Part shown: positions 1 to 9,304 of the stretch, piece by piece | How positions within the stretch are numbered: the first letter of the stretch is position 1 | Layout of the letters: the number at the start of each line of letters is the position of its first letter | Program-made: the position numbers and the translations under genes | From: an uncultured Verrucomicrobiae bacterium | GTDB lineage: Bacteria; Verrucomicrobiota; Verrucomicrobiia; Chthoniobacterales; UBA10450 | Reading direction: 5' to 3' | Length of the DNA: 64,000 nucleotides | Assembly: GCA_963735805.1 (NCBI GenBank) | Contig: CAVTMK010000002.1 | Location: forward strand, 896,001-960,000 | The notes under the pieces: model-generated | Seen by the model: the letters and a program-made list of their open reading frames with translations, nothing else | Told to the model about the DNA's origin: nothing | The model's database searches: none

Positions 1-69
1 GCCAGTTACATCCCGGCCCTTCGCGCGGCACGCGCCGATCCAGTAATCGCGTTAGACCATAATGCCTGA
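1..69 (+). CDS. 3' end of an ABC permease (ADOP/MacB-like), truncated by the window edge
   Basis: Frame 1 reads ASYIPALRAARADPVIALDHNA*, matching the C-terminal PARRAxxVDPxxAL motif of the neighbouring permeases. Confidence 0.8.
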   Translation, partial: ASYIPALRAARADPVIALDHNA

Positions 70-71
70 TC

Positions 72-2624
72 ATGATTCGTGATTTCAAATTTGCATTCCG
101 GCAGCTGTTGAAGGCGCCGGCATTTACGATTGCGGCCGCAATCGTGCTGGCGCTTGGCATCGGCGTGAACACCGCCGTATTCAGCTTGGTCAATACGGTT
201 TTCTTTGCTCCACCGGGTTACATCAAGCCGCGCGAAATGGTGCAGCTATTTTCTCAGGACAAGAAGGATCCAAAAAAATTCCGCGGCTTCTCTTATCCTA
301 CTTATCTCGACATTCGCGAGCAGAACACGGTGTTCAGGGACGTAATGAGTTTCAATCTCTCATTGGTTGGCATCGGCCAGAAAGGCGATACGCGTCGCGC
401 GTTCAGTGCCATTGTGACCTCGAACTATTTTTCCGTTCTCGGCGTTCCACTGGTGCGAGGCCGTGCATTCTTGCCGGAAGAGGAAATTCCCGGCCACAAT
501 GCGCAGGTTGCGATTGCCAGCTACAGTTACTGGCAGAAACACGGTCTCGATCCAAACGTGCTCGGCTCTCAAGTGTTCATTAACGGGCGCGCGTTCACGA
601 TCGTCGGAATTACGCCGAAGGGTTTTGTAGGCACGATGCAAATCTTATCACCGGAAGTTTGGCTGCCGATGGGTGTTTACGATCAGGTCGCGCATGATTT
701 TGCCTCGGGAAACAGCACTACCGTTGACGATCGCAAAGGAACGCAGTTGCGCATCATGGGACGGCTTAAAACCGGGCTAACCGCGGCCGGCGCCAAACCT
801 GAACTTGCAGGGCTGGCCGCAAATTTGGAAAAAGCGTACCCGGTCGAGCAAAAGGACCAGACCTTTATGGCCGAACGAGTGTCGCGTAATACGGTCAGTA
901 ACACGCCGGGGTCCGACAACAAAATAATCGCGATCGCGCCATTGTTGCTTGGCATGGCGGTGGTGGTGCTGTTGGTTGCGTGCCTTAACCTGGCAAACAT
1001 GCTGCTCGCGCGCAACGCCGCTCGACGCAAGGAGATCGCAATCCGTCTCGCGCTTGGTTGCAGCCGTTGGCACATTGTTCGCCAACTTCTCACTGAAGGT
1101 TTTGTGCTGGCGCTCCTCGGAGGTATGGGCGGACTCATTCTCGGACTGTGGTCGTCCGATCTGCTTGTCGGCTCAATGCGCAAGCTGATGCCGCTAGACA
1201 TTGTGTGGTTGACTGGACCGAATCCCGCAATCTTGGGGGCGACCTTTGGATTTTGTCTGCTCGGCACGCTCATGTTCGCGCTCGGGCCGGCCTTGAAATT
1301 TTCGCGTAGCGCAGTGGTGACCGATTTGAAGGAGCACGCCGGAGAGGATGTAGTGCGCCGAAGCTCGAAGTTTTTGCCGCGTCATCCACTGGTGGTCGTG
1401 CAAATCGCATTCTCACTCGCACTCATTACCGCTGCGGCCTTGTTTATTCGTGGTGCAGGTAAAGCCGCGTCCGTTGATACCGGATTAAGACCGGGCGCAA
1501 GCTACATTCTTGAAGTCGATGCGAGCCTAGCGGGTTACGAACCAAAGCGCTCTCAGGAGCTTTATCTCAACTTGAACGAGAGACTGGCGGCGCTCCCGGG
1601 CGTGGAGCGTGCGAGTATCTCTTCAGTCGTACCGTTCGGAATGTTTGAGTTAAGCAGGAAAGTCCAACGCGCGGGTGTCCATCCCGCTTCAGACGCGAAA
1701 CCGGCGACCGCGGCCGAAGGCCTTGCCTTCGAGGTGGCTTGGAACAGCGTCGGCGCGGATTATTTTTCAACTGTTGGATTGCCAGTGACTCGGGGTCGGG
1801 GTTTCACTGAAGCGGAGGCGACCGAGCCCGGTCCAAAGGTCGCGATAATTGACGAGATTCTGGCAAAGAAACTCTGGCCGGATGGTGATGCAGTTGGACA
1901 ACGCATCCAATATGCGGACCAAAAGGGTGGAACGAGCGCCGATTCGAATGGCGGAGAGAAAGAGAGCATGGAAATAGTCGGTATCGTTCCGGCGACGCGC
2001 CACGCGCTGTTTGAAACGGAGGAACCGGTCGGCGGGATTTACTTGCCGTTCGCGCGTGGATTTCAAAGCGACATTTCTTATTTCGTTCGGTTTCGTTCGC
2101 TCGCTCCGGGTAGCGAAGCCGCCGCAGCCAATTTGCTTCGACGCACCGTGCGTGATGTTGATCCTTCAATCCCGATTATTTCGTTGAAAACGTTCGCGCA
2201 GCATCTCGATTCGAACCTGGACCTCTGGCTCGTTCGCGCTGGCGCGGCGCTGTTCTCTATTTTTGGGGCGCTGGCGCTTGGGCTGGCGGTAGTGGGTCTC
2301 TACGGAGTCAAGGCTTACTCGGTCGCGCGCCGCACGCGCGAGATTGGCATTCGAATGGCGCTGGGTGCTCATGCCGGAGCGGTGTTGCGAATGATTATGT
2401 GGGAAGGCTCCATCATGTTGGTCAGTGGAGTTGCGATCGGCCTATTGCTTGCCATTGCGACCGCAAAAATCTTGAGCGGGATTTTGTACGGAGTGGGCGC
2501 GCTTGATCCGGTTGCATTCACCGTTGCTCCAGCAGTGCTCGCACTCGCTGCCCTAATTGCAACGTGGTTGCCCGCGCGGCGCGCAACTCAAGTAAATCCA
2601 ATCGATGCACTTCGAACCGAGTAA
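72..2624 (+). CDS. ADOP-family duplicated ABC permease (two MacB_PCD + FtsX halves)
   Basis: 850 aa; LALGIGxNTAVFS start, LLVACLNLANMLLAR..RRKEIAIRLALG, RTREIGIRMALGA and PARRA..VNP motifs. Confidence 0.92.
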   Translation: MIRDFKFAFRQLLKAPAFTIAAAIVLALGIGVNTAVFSLVNTVFFAPPGYIKPREMVQLFSQDKKDPKKFRGFSYPTYLDIREQNTVFRDVMSFNLSLVGIGQKGDTRRAFSAIVTSNYFSVLGVPLVRGRAFLPEEEIPGHNAQVAIASYSYWQKHGLDPNVLGSQVFINGRAFTIVGITPKGFVGTMQILSPEVWLPMGVYDQVAHDFASGNSTTVDDRKGTQLRIMGRLKTGLTAAGAKPELAGLAANLEKAYPVEQKDQTFMAERVSRNTVSNTPGSDNKIIAIAPLLLGMAVVVLLVACLNLANMLLARNAARRKEIAIRLALGCSRWHIVRQLLTEGFVLALLGGMGGLILGLWSSDLLVGSMRKLMPLDIVWLTGPNPAILGATFGFCLLGTLMFALGPALKFSRSAVVTDLKEHAGEDVVRRSSKFLPRHPLVVVQIAFSLALITAAALFIRGAGKAASVDTGLRPGASYILEVDASLAGYEPKRSQELYLNLNERLAALPGVERASISSVVPFGMFELSRKVQRAGVHPASDAKPATAAEGLAFEVAWNSVGADYFSTVGLPVTRGRGFTEAEATEPGPKVAIIDEILAKKLWPDGDAVGQRIQYADQKGGTSADSNGGEKESMEIVGIVPATRHALFETEEPVGGIYLPFARGFQSDISYFVRFRSLAPGSEAAAANLLRRTVRDVDPSIPIISLKTFAQHLDSNLDLWLVRAGAALFSIFGALALGLAVVGLYGVKAYSVARRTREIGIRMALGAHAGAVLRMIMWEGSIMLVSGVAIGLLLAIATAKILSGILYGVGALDPVAFTVAPAVLALAALIATWLPARRATQVNPIDALRTE

Positions 2625-2631
2625 CAACGCG

Positions 2632-2746
2632 ATGATTCAGGACATCAAGTTTGCGTTTCGGCAGCTCGTTAAAGCGCAAGGGGTTCACATTCGCAGCAGC
2701 GATGATTTTGGCGTTGGGAATCGGCCCGAACACTCGTTGTAAATAA
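2632..2746 (+). pseudogene. Frameshifted 5' remnant of another ADOP permease
   Basis: MIQDIKFAFRQLVKAQG, then after a +1 shift FTFAAAMILALGIGPNT; parallels the N-terminus of 72..2624, then stops. Confidence 0.8.
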
Positions 2747-2747
2747 A

Positions 2748-3419
2748 ATGATGATCAGGCTCAAAAATCTGGAACGCTCGTACCCGTTGGCCAAGGAGAA
2801 GTTCTTTTACGTCTTGCGCGACATCAACCTGGAAGTCGAGCACGGCGACTTTGTCTCTGTGATGGGGCCTTCGGGTGCTGGCAAATCGACATTGCTGCAC
2901 ATTCTGGGAATGCACGACCACGGTTGGCGTGGCGAATATTTTTTGGGTGACGATGCGGTCCATCAGCTAAAGCCGAAGGAACGCGCCACGCTACGCAACG
3001 AACAGATCGGATTCGTGTTTCAACAGTATCACTTGCTCGACGACCTCACGGTGTACGAGAACCTCGATATCCCGCTCTCGTATCGCCATTACAAAAAGAG
3101 CGAACGCGCCGCGCTGGTCGCGGACATGCTCGATCGTTTCCAAATCGTCGGTAAAAAGGATTTGTACCCGAGTCAGCTTTCCGGCGGCCAACAGCAGTTG
3201 GTGGGCGTTGCGCGTGCGATCATCGCTGAACCGAAACTTCTGCTCGCGGATGAACCGACCGGCAACCTGCACTCCGGCCAGGGTGAGGAGATCATGAAGC
3301 TCTTCTGCAAACTGAATGAGCAAGGGATGACAATCGTGCAGGTCACGCATTCCGAGAAAAACGCTTCCTACGGCAAACGCGTCATTCAGTTACGTGACGG
3401 TTGGATCGTCAACACATAA
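2748..3419 (+). CDS. ABC transporter ATP-binding protein (LolD/MacB-like)
   Basis: Walker [17 protein letters not shown] signature, [11 protein letters not shown]alker B, VTH switch. Confidence 0.95.
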   Translation: MMIRLKNLERSYPLAKEKFFYVLRDINLEVEHGDFVSVMGPSGAGKSTLLHILGMHDHGWRGEYFLGDDAVHQLKPKERATLRNEQIGFVFQQYHLLDDLTVYENLDIPLSYRHYKKSERAALVADMLDRFQIVGKKDLYPSQLSGGQQQLVGVARAIIAEPKLLLADEPTGNLHSGQGEEIMKLFCKLNEQGMTIVQVTHSEKNASYGKRVIQLRDGWIVNT

Positions 3420-3433
3420 CAAGGTAAATCCGT

Positions 3434-5941
3434 ATGATTCTGGATTCATTTCGACAAGATGTTCGGGTCGGGTTGCGTGTCTTGTTTAAAGACAAAACGT
3501 TTTGTTTCTTGGCGGTGCTTGTGCTCGGCCTCGGCATCGGGGGCGCAACCACTCAATTCACAGTGGTCAATGCGGTCGCACTGCGCGGATTGTCGTTTCC
3601 GCATCCGGAGCAGTTGGTGACCATTGGGCTGATCGATCCGAAAGCGACCGATCAAAACAACAACTTCGGGTTTGGCGTGATTCCGACAGCACAGGATTAC
3701 GAAGATTTGAAAGCGAGCCAGAAGTCTTGCTCGCTGATGGCCGGCTATCTCAGCGGATCGACAATAAACCTAACCTACAAGAACGATCCGCAACGTTACA
3801 ACGGTGGTTACGTCACCGAAGATTTTTTTAAGATCACTGGCGTGTCGCCAATTATGGGACGCGACTTCACCGCTGCGGACAACAAACCGGGCGCGGAAAA
3901 GGTCGTTATTCTCGGTTACGAAATTTGGAAACGTGATTTTAACGGCGATGCCCATGTCGTTGGGCAAAACGTTCGAGTTAATGGCAAAGCCGCCACGATC
4001 ATCGGTGTTATGCCCCCAAATTTTAAGTTCCCAAATTTCGAGGAACTCTGGACGCCGCTTTACAATCAATTTCCGCCGATACCTCGCGGCCAGCTCGTCA
4101 TCGGTCCAAACAACGCCGCGCCCTCAGTTATGGGTCGGCTTAAACCCGGCGTCACTCTCGATCAGGCGAGTGCGGAATTTATCAATCTTGCCAGGCACCT
4201 CGCGCAGGACAATCCAAAGACGAACCAAAATTTCACGTCGGCGACTGTACAGCCGTTAGCGAATTCGCTCATAGGTCTTCAATTTCGGCAGACGGTTTGG
4301 GCGATGTTGGCCGCGGTCATTCTCGTCTTACTGATCGCGTGTGTGAACGTGATGAACATGCAGTTTGGCCGGGCTGCATTGAGAGCAAAAGAACTGGCGA
4401 TTCGCGGCGCGTTAGGCGCTACACGTTGGCGACTCGTTAGGCAAATGTTGACCGAAAGCCTCGTGGTCGCGGTATTCGGAGCGGGCGCTGGAATTCTCCT
4501 GGCCTATTGGAGCGTCGATATGCTGACTCGCGCCATGGAGGCGCTACCGTCCGGATTGGGACTGCCCTACTGGATTCAATTTACAATTGATGGGCGGGTA
4601 CTCGCCTTCGTCGTCGGCATAACCTTGATTGCGACGATTGCTTCCGGTCTCGTTCCGGCACTCGTTAGTGCTCACAGCAACGCAGCCGAGATGATGAAAG
4701 AAGGCGGCCGCGGCAACAGTAGTCGGTTGGTCAATATGATCACGCGTCTTCTTGTGATCGGGCAAATCGCACTTACGGCAGCGCTGCTGATTGCGACAAC
4801 ACTTGAGATCAGGTCGATCAGAAATCAGCTTCAGCTCGACTACGGTTACGACGAGAACGCGATTTACAGCGCGCGGATGGCATTGTTGGAAGGCGCATAT
4901 ACCGAAGATGGCCGTCGCGAATTTTTCAATCGCGCCGTTCGTGAATTGCGCGCCAACCCAGAGTTTGATTCGGCGGCGTTAAGCGATCGCTTTCGGATGA
5001 CATTTGCCGCCAACGGACAGTATGAAGTCGACGGTCAAAATTATGTGACGGATCGCGACCGGCCACGCGGAAACTTCGAATCCGTGTCGGACAGTTATTT
5101 TTCTACCCTCGGTCTCAAGATCTTGGAAGGCCGCGATTTCACAATTGACGATGCCGACACAAAGCAACCGGTCGCCATCGTGAACGCGAGTTTTGCGCGA
5201 AGGCATTGGGGCCATCAAAGCGCGCTTGGACATCAGGTCAGAATTTTCAACCCCGGTGAGCCGCAACCGTGGCGAACGATCGTAGGCGTCGTTCCTGACA
5301 CTTTGATGCAAGGGCCATTCGATCAACAGACGGACATTGCCGGTTTTTACATGCCCCTTCTAGGCGCATCGCCGGCGACTCAGTTCTGCACTGTTCTGGT
5401 TCGGCCGCGTGCGGGGCTGCGCGCGGAAACTCTCGGTCCGGCACTGAGACGGGCGATTACGCGGCTTGATTCGGACGTTCCCATTTATTTTCCCGGCACA
5501 CCCGCTCGGTTGCATGACGAAAGTCTTTCCGGCAATCGCATCGTCGTTAGTCTCTTCGCAATTTTTGGTGCCGTCGCGTTTGTTCTGTCCGCGGTCGGTC
5601 TCTACGGCGTGATGAGTTTTTCTGTGAGCCAACGGACCCAGGAATTTGGAATTCGAATGGCTCTTGGAGCAGACGCACGGCGAATTTTCCGAATGGTTAT
5701 GACGCAGGGCGCGTGGCAGCTCGGGATCGGACTGGTACTCGGTGCCGGCGCTGCCGCTTTGTTGCTCGGAGTGCTGGTTGCGGCTGCCTTGCGAAATGTT
5801 CTCTTCAAAGTGAACCCGCTCGATCCGTCCATTTATTTTGCGGTTGCCGGTCTGCTGACAGCCGTTGCCGCAGTTTCCTGTTTTGTTCCGGCGCGCCGGG
5901 CCACGCGCGTGAATCCCGTGGAAGCGCTGCGCTACGAGTGA
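3434..5941 (+). CDS. ADOP-family duplicated ABC permease
   Basis: 835 aa with the same duplicated MacB_PCD/FtsX motifs (LLIACVNVMN..RAKELAIRGALGA; RTQEFGIRMALGA). Confidence 0.92.
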   Translation: MILDSFRQDVRVGLRVLFKDKTFCFLAVLVLGLGIGGATTQFTVVNAVALRGLSFPHPEQLVTIGLIDPKATDQNNNFGFGVIPTAQDYEDLKASQKSCSLMAGYLSGSTINLTYKNDPQRYNGGYVTEDFFKITGVSPIMGRDFTAADNKPGAEKVVILGYEIWKRDFNGDAHVVGQNVRVNGKAATIIGVMPPNFKFPNFEELWTPLYNQFPPIPRGQLVIGPNNAAPSVMGRLKPGVTLDQASAEFINLARHLAQDNPKTNQNFTSATVQPLANSLIGLQFRQTVWAMLAAVILVLLIACVNVMNMQFGRAALRAKELAIRGALGATRWRLVRQMLTESLVVAVFGAGAGILLAYWSVDMLTRAMEALPSGLGLPYWIQFTIDGRVLAFVVGITLIATIASGLVPALVSAHSNAAEMMKEGGRGNSSRLVNMITRLLVIGQIALTAALLIATTLEIRSIRNQLQLDYGYDENAIYSARMALLEGAYTEDGRREFFNRAVRELRANPEFDSAALSDRFRMTFAANGQYEVDGQNYVTDRDRPRGNFESVSDSYFSTLGLKILEGRDFTIDDADTKQPVAIVNASFARRHWGHQSALGHQVRIFNPGEPQPWRTIVGVVPDTLMQGPFDQQTDIAGFYMPLLGASPATQFCTVLVRPRAGLRAETLGPALRRAITRLDSDVPIYFPGTPARLHDESLSGNRIVVSLFAIFGAVAFVLSAVGLYGVMSFSVSQRTQEFGIRMALGADARRIFRMVMTQGAWQLGIGLVLGAGAAALLLGVLVAAALRNVLFKVNPLDPSIYFAVAGLLTAVAAVSCFVPARRATRVNPVEALRYE

Positions 5942-5942
5942 T

Positions 5943-8390
5943 ATGAAAGATTTAAAGTTCGCTCTCCGCCAACTCGGCAAATCTCCGGGATTTACTTTCG
6001 TCGTGGTGCTGACGCTTGCGCTCGGGATTGGTGCCAACACTGCCGTGTTCAGCGTACTCAACGCAGTATTTTTGCGGCCATTGCCTTTCAATGAGCCACA
6101 AAACCTTGTCGCGATTGGCGAATACGACACCCGCGAAAAAGCTGATCCGGGAACGGATATCAGTTCGATCTCGTACCTCGACTACGTTGACTGGCTTAAT
6201 CAGAACAAGGTCTTCGAGCGAATCGCGGTTTATACCAACCAAGGCGTGAGCACGCTCACAGATGGAAACGGAGCGCTGCATGTTCAAGGCGAATCAGTAT
6301 CGGCCGATTTGTTTCCGTTGCTTGGGATTCAACCGGTTCTTGGCCGTATGTTTTTGCCTAACGAAGATTATCCAGGAAACCATGTGGTCATTTTGAGCCA
6401 TGCGTTGTGGCAACGCCGGTTTGGAGCGGATCGCAACGTTGTCGGCAAAACCGTTATGCTCGATGGTCAGCAGTTCGAGGTAATCGGGGTGATGCCCCCA
6501 CGGTTTACTTTTCCGATTGCTGCGGTTTCGGCGGAACTTTGGGTCTCGTTGTCGAGCCTGCGCGAATCGAAGGATGGCTCGCCGGCGATGACGGAGCAGC
6601 GGGACAACGATTTTTTCAAGTGCATCGCGCGATTGAAAACGAACGTCTCGATTCAACAAGCGCAGGCGAATATCGACGGCATTACAGCAAACTGGCGTCA
6701 ACAATATCCGGACTCAAAGCTGCACACCGGCGCGAAAGTCATTCCAGAGATCAACGCCATGATTGGTAGCACGCATTCCGCGTTACTAATGTTGTGTGCG
6801 ATGGCTGGTTGCGTGCTGCTCGTCGCTTGCGTCAACGTCGCGAACCTTTTGCTGGCGCGGTCGCTTTCTCGCAATCGCGAAATAGGGATCCGTGCCGCAC
6901 TCGGCGCCGGCCGCTGGCGTATTATTAAACAATTGCTTGCCGAAAGCACGTTACTCGGCCTGCTGGGTGGTGTCGCCGGATTGGTGATTGCAATCTGGGG
7001 CATTGATTCACTGAAAGCATTTCTGCCGAATGTTCCGCGCATTGACGAAATTTCACCGGACTTTCTGGTTCTTGTCGTTACAGCCATCGCCAGTCTTGGA
7101 GTTGGAATCATCTCCGGCTTGTTTCCAGCGTGGCGCGCATCGCGCTCGAATCTTGCGCTGTCGCTCAACGACGCTCCGCGCGGCGCAAGCGAAAGCGCGA
7201 GCGCTCATCGTGCGCGCTCTGCGCTTGTCGTGGTCGAGATCGTCCTTGCGTTGGTCCTGCTCGCCAGCGCGGGGTTGCTGGTCGAAAGTTTTATTCGTCT
7301 GCAAGGAGTTCCTGGCGGGTTCGATGTAACGAATGTGATGACGGCACGCGTGGCATTGCCCCAAACAAATTATGGCAAGCCGGAACAAGCGGCCGTTTTT
7401 TACAAAAAACTACTGGAACGGCTTTCGAGTGAGCCTGGAATGCAGTCAGTCGCGGCGGCGTGGTGGATTCCGCTTAGCGGCAGTGAAATCGGTTTCACTT
7501 TCAACTTCGACGCTCATCCAGTCCCGCAAAGTCAACAGCCAGTGGCACAATTTAATGCTGTGACAGCCGACTATTTCAAAGTGATGAGCGTTCCTTTGCG
7601 CCAAGGTCGCTGGTTCACCGAGCGGGACGACAAAAATGCACCCGCAGTGGCAATTGTAACGGAGGCTTTTGCGAAGCAGTTTTTTCCCGGCGAAGATCCG
7701 ATCGGCAAACGAATCGTTCCGGACGGCTCGGTCGAACCTGGGAAACCGCCTGTCCGGGAAATCGTGGGAGTGGTCGCCGATATGCACTTGATCAGTCTCA
7801 AGGTCCCGCCCAAGCCACAGATTTATGTTCCATATCCGCAATTCGCCATTCAATCGCTGTCGATTTTTATGCGGACGCAGGTTGACCCGGGTTCGGCGAC
7901 CACGGCTCTGCGTCATGCCGTGGACGAACTCGACAAAGAGGTACCAGTTTATCGACCGCGCTTGCTTGCCGACTACCGTTCACAGTCAATCGCAGAGCCG
8001 CGCTTAAACGCAACGCTGGTCGGTTTGTTCGCGCTCATCGCACTACTTCTTGCAGCGGCGGGAATTTTTGGAGTGATGAGCTACTCGGTCGCGCAGCGGA
8101 CACAGGAGATCGGAATTCGCCTGGCACTCGGCGCGCAACGTTACGACGTACTGCGTCTCATCATCGGCCAGGGTATGCGCTTTGTTGGCATCGGCGTGCT
8201 GGTTGGCTTAATCGGCGTGTTCGCCTGCTCTCGTCTCTTGCAAAGCCTTCTTTTCGGCGTCGGCACGACTGATCTGAGGACGATGTTCATCGCAACTGTG
8301 ACTTTGGCAGCAACCGCATTGTACGCCTGCTATCTCCCGGCGCGACGTGCCATGCGCGTTGACCCAATGGAGGCATTGCGCTCCGAGTGA
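5943..8390 (+). CDS. ADOP-family duplicated ABC permease
   Basis: 815 aa; LTLALGIGANTAVFS, LLVACVNVANLLLAR, RTQEIGIRLALGA, PARRAMRVDP. Confidence 0.92.
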   Translation: MKDLKFALRQLGKSPGFTFVVVLTLALGIGANTAVFSVLNAVFLRPLPFNEPQNLVAIGEYDTREKADPGTDISSISYLDYVDWLNQNKVFERIAVYTNQGVSTLTDGNGALHVQGESVSADLFPLLGIQPVLGRMFLPNEDYPGNHVVILSHALWQRRFGADRNVVGKTVMLDGQQFEVIGVMPPRFTFPIAAVSAELWVSLSSLRESKDGSPAMTEQRDNDFFKCIARLKTNVSIQQAQANIDGITANWRQQYPDSKLHTGAKVIPEINAMIGSTHSALLMLCAMAGCVLLVACVNVANLLLARSLSRNREIGIRAALGAGRWRIIKQLLAESTLLGLLGGVAGLVIAIWGIDSLKAFLPNVPRIDEISPDFLVLVVTAIASLGVGIISGLFPAWRASRSNLALSLNDAPRGASESASAHRARSALVVVEIVLALVLLASAGLLVESFIRLQGVPGGFDVTNVMTARVALPQTNYGKPEQAAVFYKKLLERLSSEPGMQSVAAAWWIPLSGSEIGFTFNFDAHPVPQSQQPVAQFNAVTADYFKVMSVPLRQGRWFTERDDKNAPAVAIVTEAFAKQFFPGEDPIGKRIVPDGSVEPGKPPVREIVGVVADMHLISLKVPPKPQIYVPYPQFAIQSLSIFMRTQVDPGSATTALRHAVDELDKEVPVYRPRLLADYRSQSIAEPRLNATLVGLFALIALLLAAAGIFGVMSYSVAQRTQEIGIRLALGAQRYDVLRLIIGQGMRFVGIGVLVGLIGVFACSRLLQSLLFGVGTTDLRTMFIATVTLAATALYACYLPARRAMRVDPMEALRSE

Positions 8391-8526
8391 TTCGCCAAAT
8401 GATTTTTGAATCCGAATTCGTCTCTGAATCCGTCTTTATCCCAAAGACGTTTGTGAACACACTTGTGTTGCTTGTGCCTTTGAACATCGCCGTTGTTGCG
8501 GTGTCTCCTATTCGTCGCCAAATACC

Positions 8527-9297
8527 ATGCAATTTCGCCTTCTAGTTTCTTTTATCTCCATCACGGTCATCGCTGCAACAGCGTTCGCTCAGGATAAAAG
8601 TCAGCCGACCGCAGATGAGTTGGTTGCCAAAAACATTGAAGCGAAAGGCGGCGCTGTTGCACTACATGATCTCCAGACCCTGCGTCTCACCGGCAAAATG
8701 CTTGTTCAGGAGGGGCAAATTCAATTGACCTTCACGCAGATCAAGAAGCGACCTGACCAAGTCCGCACCGAAGCGTCTCTTCAGGGAATGACTCAGATCG
8801 AGGCGTATGACGGCAAAGAAGGGTGGAAAGTCTCACCATTCTTCGGGCGTAAAGATCCTGAACGAATGTCAGCCGATGATGTCAAGGCGCTCGCGGAAGA
8901 TGCGGAAATGGATGGCCCATTGGTCGATTGGCAGGCGAAAGGAAATACGGTCGAATATCTCGGAACCGAGGACGTTGATGGGACACCGGCGCACAAGTTA
9001 AAAGTCACGAGGAAGAACGGTGATGTCAGTTTTGTCTACCTGGACCCGGATCATTTTCTGGAGATTCGGATCTTGACGCAACGAACCAGACACGGCGCAT
9101 ACGAAGAAGTAGAGACCGATCTGGGCGATTACGAGAAAGCCGGGAACGTATTTGTTCCAACCTCGATCGAGTTCGGGCCCAAAGGAGCGGCTGACAAGCA
9201 AAGGATCATAATTGATAAGGTCGAAGCCAACGTACCGGTGGATGACGCGATATTTCATTTCCCCGGCCACGTTATTCTACCGCAACCACAGCGCTGA
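8527..9297 (+). CDS. Secreted protein, outer-membrane lipoprotein-sorting (LolA-like) fold suspected
   Basis: Signal peptide (AFA|Q); ADELVAKNIEAKGG and YLGTEDVDG..AHKLKV patterns typical of LolA-like proteins. Confidence 0.6.
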   Translation: MQFRLLVSFISITVIAATAFAQDKSQPTADELVAKNIEAKGGAVALHDLQTLRLTGKMLVQEGQIQLTFTQIKKRPDQVRTEASLQGMTQIEAYDGKEGWKVSPFFGRKDPERMSADDVKALAEDAEMDGPLVDWQAKGNTVEYLGTEDVDGTPAHKLKVTRKNGDVSFVYLDPDHFLEIRILTQRTRHGAYEEVETDLGDYEKAGNVFVPTSIEFGPKGAADKQRIIIDKVEANVPVDDAIFHFPGHVILPQPQR

Positions 9298-9304
9298 GTA
9301 ATAG

